Positions 25,484 to 33,009 of a DNA stretch of 43,040 bases are shown in pieces. Position numbers and translations under genes: made by a program. Source of the DNA: a virus. The DNA is taken from the IMG/VR virus record IMGVR_UViG_3300029130_000018; one strand, given 5' to 3'. Each line of letters opens with the position of its first letter. Within the stretch, counting starts at the first letter, position 1. Under the pieces are notes generated by a model. That model had not been told where the DNA came from, ran no database searches, and saw nothing but the letters and a program-made list of their open reading frames with translations.

Positions 25484-26253
25484 GCGTTTTTGATATGCCC
25501 CCGATCCTGCAGGGGACGCCTGAGCAGCAAATCTCGGCGCTGCGGAATTTCCTCGTGCGGCTCGCAGACAACTTGCAGGCCGAGTTTGGCGACGACAAGA
25601 TCAACGAGGCGGTAAAGCAGGCAACCACCGCCGCCGCGGTAGGATCCGGCAGCGCGGCGAAAGCGGAGATCGACAAGAACGCGCAGAATCTGCGGCAGCT
25701 TATCACAAAGACGGCTGACAGCATTTACAGCTACGTCGACGAGATAACACAGAATCTGTCCTCTGTATACGTTGCCAAAAGCGAGTTCGGCACGTATCAG
25801 GAGACGGTAAACACAACGATACAGCAGACGGCGAAGCAGACCGTCGAGAACTATGATTTCCAGAGCCAGATCGACGCGGTGAATTCCCGCGCGGACAGCA
25901 CGGACAGATTCGTGACGACCATACGCGGGGAGATACGGCGCGGGCTTATCACCGACCCCGAAACCGGCGAAACGCAGATGGGTATTGCAATAAGCGAAAA
26001 CCTCACGTTCACGGGCGAGACCGAGGAAGAAAACGGCCTGACATATTATAAGCTTGCGCCGGGGCAAACGCTTGGCCTGTACACCGCGACCGGCTGGCAG
26101 TTTTGGATAAACGGCTCCAAGCGAGGCTGGTTTGACAGCGAGGACGGGATGCTGCACGTTGCGAACATCGTCGTTGAGGACAAGCTCCAGATCGGCGACG
26201 GATGGCTTATGACTACGACCGGAGGCTTCGGCCTCCGCTACACAGGAGGATAA
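25480..26253 (+). CDS. Tail/virion structural protein (coiled coil plus C-terminal beta domain)
   Basis: ATGA overlap with the upstream gene. The C-terminus GWFDSEDGMLHVANIVVEDKLQIGDGW...GGFGLRYTGG is typical of Firmicutes phage minor structural proteins. Confidence 0.7.
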   Translation: MSVFDMPPILQGTPEQQISALRNFLVRLADNLQAEFGDDKINEAVKQATTAAAVGSGSAAKAEIDKNAQNLRQLITKTADSIYSYVDEITQNLSSVYVAKSEFGTYQETVNTTIQQTAKQTVENYDFQSQIDAVNSRADSTDRFVTTIRGEIRRGLITDPETGETQMGIAISENLTFTGETEEENGLTYYKLAPGQTLGLYTATGWQFWINGSKRGWFDSEDGMLHVANIVVEDKLQIGDGWLMTTTGGFGLRYTGG

Positions 26254-26254
26254 T

Positions 26255-26584
26255 ATGAACAAGACAGCAATGCTCTCGCAACCAATGGCGGGGAAGAGCG
26301 AAGCAGAAATCGTGGCGACCCGCGAGCGCGCTATAAAAGCGCTGGAAGGCATGGGGTACACGGTAGTCAACACACTCTTTACCGATGAGTGGTATAGTCG
26401 GGAAGCAATGTCAAAACGTGGCGTAGTCCACATTCCACTGGCCTTCTTCGCGAAGTCGGTAGAAAACATGGCGTGTTGCGATGCCGCATACTTTTGCAAA
26501 GGCTGGGAGTCCACTCGCGGCTGCAAACTGGAACACGCTGTAGCTGAAGCGTACGGGGTTAAGATTATCTACGAGGAGGACTGA
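26255..26584 (+). CDS. DUF4406-like (nucleoside 2-deoxyribosyltransferase-like fold) protein, paralogue 1
   Basis: LSQPMAGKSEAEI...GYTVVNTLF...CDAAYFCKGWESTRGCKLEHAVAEAYGVKIIY fits the DUF4406 pattern. Confidence 0.7.
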   Translation: MNKTAMLSQPMAGKSEAEIVATRERAIKALEGMGYTVVNTLFTDEWYSREAMSKRGVVHIPLAFFAKSVENMACCDAAYFCKGWESTRGCKLEHAVAEAYGVKIIYEED

Positions 26585-26587
26585 AAC

Positions 26588-26941
26588 ATGTCAACTGCCA
26601 ATACTGCAACTAATTATGCAATGATCTCTCAGCCGATGCGAGGTTTGTCCGAAGAGGAAATAGGACGAACACGCGATATCGCGATACGCAATCTCCAGGC
26701 TCGAGGATATCAGGTGCTGAATACGCTGTTTGACTCTGATGAGCTCCCTGGTCCTCTTGGCGGACAGATACCTATACGCTTTCTGAGCAAGTCAATTGCA
26801 ACGATGTCGCTCTGCTCGGCTGTATATTTCTGCAAAGGTTGGAAAAATGCATGCGGATGCCGTATAGAGCACGCTGTGGCCACTGAATATGGCATTCCTA
26901 TACTCTATGAAGATGACGAGGAGATGATCGGCTATGTCTAA
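26588..26941 (+). CDS. DUF4406-like protein, paralogue 2
   Basis: ISQPMRGLSEEEI...GYQVLNTLF...CSAVYFCKGWKNACGCRIEHAVATEYGIPILY is collinear with paralogue 1. Confidence 0.7.
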   Translation: MSTANTATNYAMISQPMRGLSEEEIGRTRDIAIRNLQARGYQVLNTLFDSDELPGPLGGQIPIRFLSKSIATMSLCSAVYFCKGWKNACGCRIEHAVATEYGIPILYEDDEEMIGYV

Positions 26942-27698
26942 AACTAATACCGGCTTAGTTGAGTATGCCGTAGCACAGCTTGGCAAACCCTATTGGTACG
27001 GCACCTTCGGACAGACGGCGAATTCTGGACTGCTCGCAGCCAAGCGACAGCAGTACCCCGGCTATTACACGGCCAACGACTTTGCCTCGCAGTTTGGCCA
27101 GAAGGTGCACGATTGCGTAGGTCTTATAAAGGGCTACCTTTGGTGCGACACACCGGACGGCGAGCCTATATACAAAGCATCGCAGGACGTTGCGGTGAGC
27201 GGGCTATTCATGGTCTGCCCAGAAAACGGCAGCATCGACACCATGCCTGACATACCGGGCGTGTGCGTGTTTATGCGGGACATGTCCCACGTCGGCGTTT
27301 ACATCGGCGGCGGCTACGTCGTAGAGGCAACCGGCCACGCGCGCGGCGTGGTCAAGACCAAGCTTGCGGGGCGCGGCTGGGGACTGTGGGGCAAGCCCCG
27401 CTGGATAAGCTATGACGGCGCCGCACAGCCTACACAGCCGGTGCAGCCTGCCAAGCCTACAGGCTCGGCGCTGACGGTATCAGGTCTTCCGCTGCTGCGC
27501 TTCGGCGACAAGGGTGAGTGCGTCCGCTCTGCGCAGCTGCTCCTCATCGGGCGCGGCTACTCCTGCGGCAGGTGCGGCGCTGACGGCGAGATAGGGCAGG
27601 ACACCTATAATGCAATCATCGCTTTTCAGCGGGCATCCGGCTTGCAGCAGGACGGCATCATAGGCGCTCAAACTTGGGCGCGGCTGATAGGAGGTTAA
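26934..27698 (+). CDS. Endolysin: NlpC/P60-like peptidase plus a C-terminal peptidoglycan-binding domain
   Basis: GKPYWYGTFG...VHDCVGLIKGY...HVGVYIG, then GDKGECVRSAQLLL...DGEIGQDTYNAIIAFQRASGLQQDGIIGAQTWARL (PG_binding_1 pattern). Confidence 0.9.
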   Translation: MSKTNTGLVEYAVAQLGKPYWYGTFGQTANSGLLAAKRQQYPGYYTANDFASQFGQKVHDCVGLIKGYLWCDTPDGEPIYKASQDVAVSGLFMVCPENGSIDTMPDIPGVCVFMRDMSHVGVYIGGGYVVEATGHARGVVKTKLAGRGWGLWGKPRWISYDGAAQPTQPVQPAKPTGSALTVSGLPLLRFGDKGECVRSAQLLLIGRGYSCGRCGADGEIGQDTYNAIIAFQRASGLQQDGIIGAQTWARLIGG

Positions 27699-27701
27699 GG
27701 C

Positions 27702-28004
27702 ATGGCGTTTACTCTGGAGGACTTGGCTGTAAAATACGCAGAAACAGAAGCGCGGGGCAAGTCCAACACACACAGAATCGACTCACTGGAGAAAAATCAA
27801 AAAGCGCTTAACGAGCTGACCACGTCCGTCAAGGTGCTCGCCACTGAGCAGAGCACCATGAAGACGGACATAGGCGAAATCAAAACCGGCCTCAAAACGC
27901 TTACGGACAAGCCCGGCAAGCGCTGGGAGGCCATCGTAGATAAGGCAATATGGCTGGTGGCCGGTGCGCTTATTGCGTTTGTGCTGGCACAGCTTGGACT
28001 TTGA
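27702..28004 (+). CDS. xhlA: XhlA-family holin-associated membrane protein
   Basis: Coiled coil followed by a C-terminal TM segment, WEAIVDKAIWLVAGALIAFVLAQLGL. Located between the endolysin and the holin. Confidence 0.75.
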   Translation: MAFTLEDLAVKYAETEARGKSNTHRIDSLEKNQKALNELTTSVKVLATEQSTMKTDIGEIKTGLKTLTDKPGKRWEAIVDKAIWLVAGALIAFVLAQLGL

Positions 28005-28018
28005 AAGGGGGTGAAAAT

Positions 28019-28276
28019 ATGGACTTTGGTATCGCATCCGTAGCAGCCATAACCGTGATCTGCTATCTGGTGGGTCAGGCCGTCAAGGCATCCGGCCTTG
28101 ACAACAAGTGGATTCCCATCATCTGCGGCATCGTCGGCGGCATCCTCGGCGTTCTCGCCATGCGCTTCATGGCAGATTTCCCGGCGCAGGACTACATAAC
28201 CGCAGTTGCAGTCGGCATTGTATCCGGCTTCGCGGCGACCGGCGTCAACGAGGCAGTCAAGCAGCTCAAGCAGTAA
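28019..28276 (+). CDS. Holin (phage_holin_4_1 / LL-H-like)
   Basis: 85 aa with 2-3 TM segments and the NKWIPIICGIVGGILGV motif. Confidence 0.8.
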   Translation: MDFGIASVAAITVICYLVGQAVKASGLDNKWIPIICGIVGGILGVLAMRFMADFPAQDYITAVAVGIVSGFAATGVNEAVKQLKQ

Positions 28277-28435
28277 TTAAAATCAAAGCGCCGTCCATAT
28301 GGGCGGCGCAAAACAAATCCTTGTAAACCGACGACGGAGAACACATGAAAGAATCCGTTAAACAATTCTGCTCGCTTAACCGGCTCGATAGTGTGACTGT
28401 CGAGCAAATCTATACGGCGTTTTTGAGGGCAGAAA

Positions 28436-28699
28436 ATGACGAAATCAGAGTTAAAGCAAACACTGACGACCCCGGGGGCGAAGTGCAAGCTGCAATTTCC
28501 CCGGGCGCTTCGGGAGGAGTTTGAGCGCGACTGCGGCTTTACCGACGAGGAGATTACTATCCTCCGGCTACGGGCACGAGGCATGAGCGTAGTGCAAATA
28601 TCCTGCGAGCTATCCGAGGCGGACTACTACAGCCCGGAAAAGGTGGAGCGGCGAATAAGAAGCATAAAAAACAAAATAGCGGACGCAATTGAGGGTTAA
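28436..28699 (+). CDS. Small sigma-70 region-4-like / LuxR-type HTH regulator
   Basis: FTDEEITILRLRARGMSVVQISCEL...SPEKVERRIRSIKNKI is a region-4 pattern. Third codon positions are GC-rich, as in the neighbouring genes. Confidence 0.65.
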   Translation: MTKSELKQTLTTPGAKCKLQFPRALREEFERDCGFTDEEITILRLRARGMSVVQISCELSEADYYSPEKVERRIRSIKNKIADAIEG

Positions 28700-28723
28700 C
28701 CGACGGGTTAGCCCTCTTTTTTT
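28691..28723 (+). terminator. Rho-independent terminator
   Basis: GAGGGTTAACC-GACG-GGGTTAGCCCTC (one G.U pair) followed by TTTTTTT. Confidence 0.8.
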
Positions 28724-28761
28724 ATGCGATGATATAGACAGAAAAAAGAAGGAGGCACGGT

Positions 28762-29076
28762 ATGTATAACTCAAACTACCCGTTTAACAATCAGGGCACG
28801 GCAGGCTACAACCGCGCCACGCTGCTGTTTGTGCCGACGTTCGCGGACATAGAACGAGTGCCGGTAATGCCCGGAGAGAAGCTCTGGGTGATGGCAATGG
28901 ACGAAGCAATTATGGCTTGCCGCACGGGCGGCAACATGGGCGTTGAGACGACGTATTGCCGCATGGAGGAGTACATCCCGCCGTCTCCACCGAAGCCCGA
29001 AGACTACGTAACAAAAGCCGACCTCGAAGCAATGTTCGAGCGGTTTATGAAGCAGGGAGGGACGCAGAATGAGTAA
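28762..29076 (+). CDS. Hypothetical protein (moron cluster gene 1)
   Basis: AAGGAGG RBS. 104 aa. No family recognised. Confidence 0.65.
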   Translation: MYNSNYPFNNQGTAGYNRATLLFVPTFADIERVPVMPGEKLWVMAMDEAIMACRTGGNMGVETTYCRMEEYIPPSPPKPEDYVTKADLEAMFERFMKQGGTQNE

Positions 29077-29275
29077 CCCATTCTTCAAGCAGGGGGCGGC
29101 GGCGCCCAGAAACCCGATGCAGATGGTGAGCGAGTTCCGCAAATTCGCGGCGAATATGACGCCGGAAAGAGCGGAGCAGGAAATAAACCAGCTGCTCGCT
29201 TCGGGAAAGATGAGCAAACAGCAGTTTGAGGATCTGAAGCAGCAGGCAAAGAGCTTCATGCAGTTTCTGCAATAA
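29069..29275 (+). CDS. Hypothetical helical Gln-rich protein (moron cluster gene 2)
   Basis: GGGAGGG RBS. 68 aa. Overlaps gene 1 by 8 nt. Confidence 0.6.
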   Translation: MSNPFFKQGAAAPRNPMQMVSEFRKFAANMTPERAEQEINQLLASGKMSKQQFEDLKQQAKSFMQFLQ

Positions 29276-29322
29276 GCCGGGTCGACACGGTTTATATAAA
29301 AAACTAAGAAAGGAGTACACCA

Positions 29323-29892
29323 GTGGAAAATTTTAGCCTTTCCGACATCGCGGCCGCGACTCGCGGCGCAGACAACGAGAACGGCTGGGGTTCCGGTTGG
29401 TTCCTCATTGTCGTGCTCTTCCTCTTCATGTTCGGCTTTGGCGGCAACGGTTGGAACCGCCAGGGCGAGTTCGGCCAGTACGCGACCGCGGCATCTCAGC
29501 AGGAGATACTGCTCGGCCAGCAGTTCGGCCAACTCAACGACAGGATCACCAACATCGGCAACGGCATCTGCAACCTCGGCTACGAGATGCAGGGCAGCAT
29601 CGGCCAGCTCGGCAAAGAGATGGCACTCGCCCAGAACGCGACCAACATGGCAATCATGCAGACCGGCAACTCCATCGAGCGCCAGCTCTGCGGCATGAAC
29701 GCGAACATCGACGCGAAGTTCGCGGCGATGGAAAAGTCGCAGCTTGAGCAGCGTATATCCGAACAGGCCGCGCGCATTGCCAGCCTTGAAATGGATAACC
29801 GCATGTATGGCGTAGTCCGCTACCCCAACGGCTACACTTACAGCGCCGGTGCGTCCCCGTTCTGCGGCTGCAACAACGGCTGCTGCGCATAA
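29323..29892 (+). CDS. Membrane-anchored coiled-coil protein with a Cys-rich C-terminus (moron cluster gene 3, GTG start)
   Basis: AAAGGAG RBS. TM segment WFLIVVLFLFMFGFGG. C-terminus SPFCGCNNGCCA. Confidence 0.65.
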   Translation: MENFSLSDIAAATRGADNENGWGSGWFLIVVLFLFMFGFGGNGWNRQGEFGQYATAASQQEILLGQQFGQLNDRITNIGNGICNLGYEMQGSIGQLGKEMALAQNATNMAIMQTGNSIERQLCGMNANIDAKFAAMEKSQLEQRISEQAARIASLEMDNRMYGVVRYPNGYTYSAGASPFCGCNNGCCA

Positions 29893-29924
29893 CCCCTAAT
29901 CGTTAACCGCTTTAACAGCGTTAA

Positions 29925-29961
29925 GCCCCGGACGGCAAACGCTGTCCGGGGCGCCTACTTT
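29925..29961 (+). terminator. Possible terminator hairpin
   Basis: GCCCCGGAC-N10-GTCCGGGGC. The T-run (CTTTT) is offset by 6 nt. Confidence 0.45.
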
Positions 29962-29977
29962 TGAAAGGAGATAAAAT

Positions 29978-30418
29978 ATGTCCTGTAACTCTAGATTTAA
30001 GAATGCCCACTACAAGAGCGCGCAGAACGTGTACAACAACACGCCACAGACCTTTGTAGCGGCGGGTACGCCGGTTAATGTGCTGGGCATCCTCAACACC
30101 GACACTGGCTGTTCGCTCGATACCGTAGCCGGTGGCTTCGTGGTCAATAACAGTGGCCTTTACCGGATCAGCTACGACGTAGTGTTCACCGCAGGCGGCG
30201 CGGGCATCGCAGAGCTGAAAGCACTCAAAGATACCGTCTCGCTCCCGTGCGCCGACGCGCAAGTGACGACCGTGGCCGGCAACACCTACACACTGCACGT
30301 CGAGACTACCGTATACATCGCCGCATGCTGCAACGGAACGCCGACAATAAGCGCGGCTCTGGGCGGTGTCGCGGGCACTATCAACCACGTCTGCGCATGC
30401 ATGGTCAAGCTTGCGTGA
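29978..30418 (+). CDS. Cys-rich protein with a BclA-C-terminal / C1q-TNF-like jelly-roll pattern (moron cluster gene 4)
   Basis: GLYRISYDVVFTAGGAG...LKALKDTVSL...TYTLHVETTVYI resembles BclA_C/C1q-like domains. 7 Cys. Confidence 0.55.
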   Translation: MSCNSRFKNAHYKSAQNVYNNTPQTFVAAGTPVNVLGILNTDTGCSLDTVAGGFVVNNSGLYRISYDVVFTAGGAGIAELKALKDTVSLPCADAQVTTVAGNTYTLHVETTVYIAACCNGTPTISAALGGVAGTINHVCACMVKLA

Positions 30419-30428
30419 GGTGAGCGCC

Positions 30429-30737
30429 ATGAAAGAGATCAAATGTTTGTACACCAACATCCGCGACGAGATGGAAGACGCCGAGAAGTACGCCGACCTT
30501 GCCCTAAAGTATAAGGACGAAGACCGCGAACTTGCTGACACCTTTGCAAGCCTCTCCAAGCAGGAGGTAACCCACGCTGAGGCACTACACGCCGAAGCGG
30601 TACGCCTGATAAAGGATTACCGCAGCAGAAACGGGGAGCCGCCGGAGGGCATGAAAGCCGTGTACGACTGGGAACATGAGCGCATGATCGGCGATATGGC
30701 GGACGTTAAGCGGCTGCATGAGCTGTACCGAGGGTAA
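30429..30737 (+). CDS. Four-helix, ferritin-like small protein (moron cluster gene 5)
   Basis: GAGGTGA RBS. EDAEKYADLALKY...QEVTHAEALHAEA contains an ExxH motif in a helical context. Confidence 0.6.
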   Translation: MKEIKCLYTNIRDEMEDAEKYADLALKYKDEDRELADTFASLSKQEVTHAEALHAEAVRLIKDYRSRNGEPPEGMKAVYDWEHERMIGDMADVKRLHELYRG

Positions 30738-30762
30738 AGACGAAAAGCGGCGAGCTGCAAGC

Positions 30763-30798
30763 ATGTAGGCTACGATGTAGGCTACGATGTAGGCTACG
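30763..30798 (+). repeat. 3 x 12-bp tandem ATGTAGGCTACG (putative integrase arm-type sites, P arm)
   Basis: Exact triple repeat. The same TGTAGGCTA(C/T)G motif recurs at 31029, 31041 (variant) and 31108, on the other side of the core. Confidence 0.6.
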
Positions 30799-30876
30799 CA
30801 TCAGAACTTTGCAGAACTCAACGGAGCCTATCAGCGTATATGACCGGTTGAGACAAGCGAATATTTTAAACTTGGG

Positions 30877-30928
30877 TAAAGAAAAAGTACCAAGAATCAG
30901 TCGCTTCTGATTGATTCTTGGTACTTTT
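30877..30928 (-). terminator. Strong hairpin plus U-run immediately 3' of the tRNA fragment (minus strand)
   Basis: 17-bp perfect stem, AAAAGTACCAAGAATCA ... TGATTCTTGGTACTTTT. The minus strand continues TTTTTCTTT. Confidence 0.6.
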
Positions 30929-30992
30929 GGCGCAGAAGGAGGGATTTGAACCCTCGCGCGCTTTTTACACGCCTACTCCCTTAGCAGGGGAA
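30928..30992 (-). other. attP core: 3' ~65 nt of a tRNA-Ser(GCU)-like gene (not a complete tRNA)
   Basis: The minus strand reads ...TTCCC-CTGCTAA-GGGAG-(long variable arm)-GAGGG-TTCAAAT-CCCTC-CTTCTGC-G-CCA. No matching 5' acceptor strand or D arm lies upstream. The integrase gene is adjacent. Confidence 0.65.
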
Positions 30993-31028
30993 AGAAAAAC
31001 CTTGATTTATCAATGCTTTGCGGGTTTT

Positions 31029-31051
31029 TGTAGGCTATGTTGTAAGCTACG
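31029..31051 (+). repeat. Arm-type repeat copies TGTAGGCTATG and TGTAAGCTACG (P' arm)
   Basis: Same orientation as the 30763-30798 copies. Confidence 0.5.
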
Positions 31052-31107
31052 CGGCAGCGCCCAACGGAACTTTATGGGTCTTAAAATGGCCTGAATTCCC
31101 CGAAATT

Positions 31108-31118
31108 TGTAGGCTACG
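31108..31118 (+). repeat. Arm-type repeat copy TGTAGGCTACG next to the integrase stop
   Basis: Exact match to the 30764-30774 unit. Confidence 0.5.
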
Positions 31119-31144
31119 CGGGGAATTTTCGCTCTGAAATAATA

Positions 31145-32263
31145 TCATTCCTTGCCGCCTTTGTCAAGGACATTGATAGCAGCGTGGGCACTCTGCATAT
31201 CGGGATGTATATAGCGCTGGGTCGTCGTAAACTTGGTATGCCGCATGATCTCCTGTATCACGCTGGGCGCAGTCTTGGCGAGCGCCAGCGCCGTCGCCGT
31301 GGTATGGCGGCACGAGTACGGCGGCAGATCGCGCACCTTAGCCCGCGCAAGGGCGGCGTGATACTCGGTATAAAAATTATCCGCGTTCATGCCGACGATG
31401 CGCCCCTTCTTGCTGCTCACGTTGGCGAGAATATCCTGCACGAGCGGTTCGAGCCAGTCGGGATAAATCAACGGTGTTGATTTGCGCTTCTTGGTTTTCA
31501 GGCCGCAGCCGATGATCTCGTGCGTATCGGTGTGTATCATGTCGGCTGTGCAGCGCAGCAGCTCACCGGGCATCATGCCGCTGTATATCATCAGCAGCGG
31601 GAAGCGCATAAACAAGTCACCGTTGTCGTAGGCCGTCCACAACGCATTTATCTCATCCTCTGCAAACGGCTTTTGCTCTGTTTCAGCAAGAGGCGGCAGT
31701 TCGACAAACTCCGCGAGGTTTGTTCGCGCCTGCCCTTCGGCGACGGCGCGCTTGTATAGCTTGGCGAGCATGGTTTTCATGTCTTTCGCGGGGTAATATG
31801 TATCGGCCTGCGAGTCCACACAGCTTTGCAGGTTATCTATCGTAAGCTCCGCTACGGGTACATTTTTGATGGAGTCTAGCCGACGCCACGCAATATCATA
31901 CGCACACTGCTTGGAGCTGCCGAGTTTATCGTATGCACCGCTCTTTTCCCACCATTTATGGTAGTCGTTTAAAGTCGGCCTATACACCTGCTTCGGCGCG
32001 GTTTCTGTGGGATTGGCCGCAAAGGCGAGCGCGGCGGTTTTAGACGGGAAGCCGCCCTTCGTTCCGCGCCGCTGGTGCAGGCTGCCGGACGCATCAACAA
32101 ACGTGTCGATAGTCCATTGCGCTGTCCATGTCTTGCCGCGCCGGTACGCCGTGCCCTGCCCGTTCCCACGCCCCCTACGCGGCTGCGCGTTTTGCCGCGC
32201 CCCGCAGAACATGCAAAATGCGCTTATATCCGGTATTTCTTTTCTGCACTTACGGCATATCAT
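31145..32263 (-). CDS. int: Tyrosine integrase with an N-terminal zinc ribbon
   Basis: C-terminus YSCRHTTATALA...IMRHTKFTTTQRYIH carries the catalytic R, H-x-x-R, H and Y. N-terminus MICRKCRKEIPDISAFCMFCG. The start is preferred at the ATG with an AAGGAA RBS, in an ATGA overlap with the upstream stop. Confidence 0.9.
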   Translation of the reverse strand: MICRKCRKEIPDISAFCMFCGARQNAQPRRGRGNGQGTAYRRGKTWTAQWTIDTFVDASGSLHQRRGTKGGFPSKTAALAFAANPTETAPKQVYRPTLNDYHKWWEKSGAYDKLGSSKQCAYDIAWRRLDSIKNVPVAELTIDNLQSCVDSQADTYYPAKDMKTMLAKLYKRAVAEGQARTNLAEFVELPPLAETEQKPFAEDEINALWTAYDNGDLFMRFPLLMIYSGMMPGELLRCTADMIHTDTHEIIGCGLKTKKRKSTPLIYPDWLEPLVQDILANVSSKKGRIVGMNADNFYTEYHAALARAKVRDLPPYSCRHTTATALALAKTAPSVIQEIMRHTKFTTTQRYIHPDMQSAHAAINVLDKGGKE

Positions 32264-32808
32264 TTCCTTAACATCCTCAGGGCGTACACCATGACACACA
32301 CGGCGGCAACGACTATCAAGCCGAGAATAACGGCAAGGGCGCTTGACCTGGCGGACCGAAAAAGCCCCGCCGTTACAAGCTGGGCATCCCACACCATATA
32401 CGAAATCAAACACACGAGCAGCAGGGCGCAGACAGCTAAAAGCGCGTATACGACGGGTCTGCGGCTTGCAAGCTGCGCTTTGAGCATGGCGTTTACCTCT
32501 TCAAGCCGCTTGACGTCTCCGGCCTGACGGACATTATCCATTTCAAGCTCATGCACGGCGGCGAGGTCTGACGCGGGGCAAAGCCCGCACAGTTCATCCA
32601 GAGACAAGCCGAGGGTATCACATATCGCTGCCTGCTCAAATAGCTTTGGGTTTGGCGCCGTATCGGCGCTCTGGGTGGCTATAGCAGAGTATGATACGCC
32701 GGACTGTTCCGACAATTCGGCGAGGGAAAGGTGCAAGTCATTACGCGCGTCGGTTACTTTACGATTATAGCTGTCAAAGAACGGGATAAGGCGCTGATAC
32801 GGGGTCAT
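32260..32808 (-). CDS. Membrane-anchored XRE-type HTH protein (HTH, coiled coil, 2 TM)
   Basis: LSLAELSEQSGVSYSAIATQ is the HTH. The TM segments are VVYALLAVCALLLVCLISYMVW and ALAVILGLIVVAAVCVMVYAL. GGGAG RBS before the ATG at 32808. Confidence 0.7.
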   Translation of the reverse strand: MTPYQRLIPFFDSYNRKVTDARNDLHLSLAELSEQSGVSYSAIATQSADTAPNPKLFEQAAICDTLGLSLDELCGLCPASDLAAVHELEMDNVRQAGDVKRLEEVNAMLKAQLASRRPVVYALLAVCALLLVCLISYMVWDAQLVTAGLFRSARSSALAVILGLIVVAAVCVMVYALRMLRK

Positions 32809-33009
32809 TTCACACACTCCCAAAAGTTTTATTTGTTCCCGGCAACGGGGAAAAGGTCTTTTGCCGCAGACCGAGACGACATCTCGAAACCGGGCGTGGA
32901 CTATGCCGGGCGCAGATGATAGGCTATAAGCGTAGCAGATAAGTCGGTTTACAAGGTATCTGTTACATGCCCCGGCGGAGGCTGGCACCAATGCCGGGGC
33001 AAATCTTAA

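Noticed and set aside
28345-28521. The 58-codon ORF upstream of, and overlapping, the sigma-region-4-like gene as an independent gene.
   Set aside because: After 28436 the GC3 signal follows the other frame. It is retained only as a possible frameshift or fusion issue (see finding) and is not annotated as a CDS.
30928-30992. A tRNA gene.
   Set aside because: Only the 3' two-thirds can be drawn (anticodon arm, variable arm, T arm, acceptor 3' strand, CCA). The complementary 5' acceptor strand GCAGAAG and a D arm are absent upstream. It is interpreted as the attP core rather than a functional tRNA.
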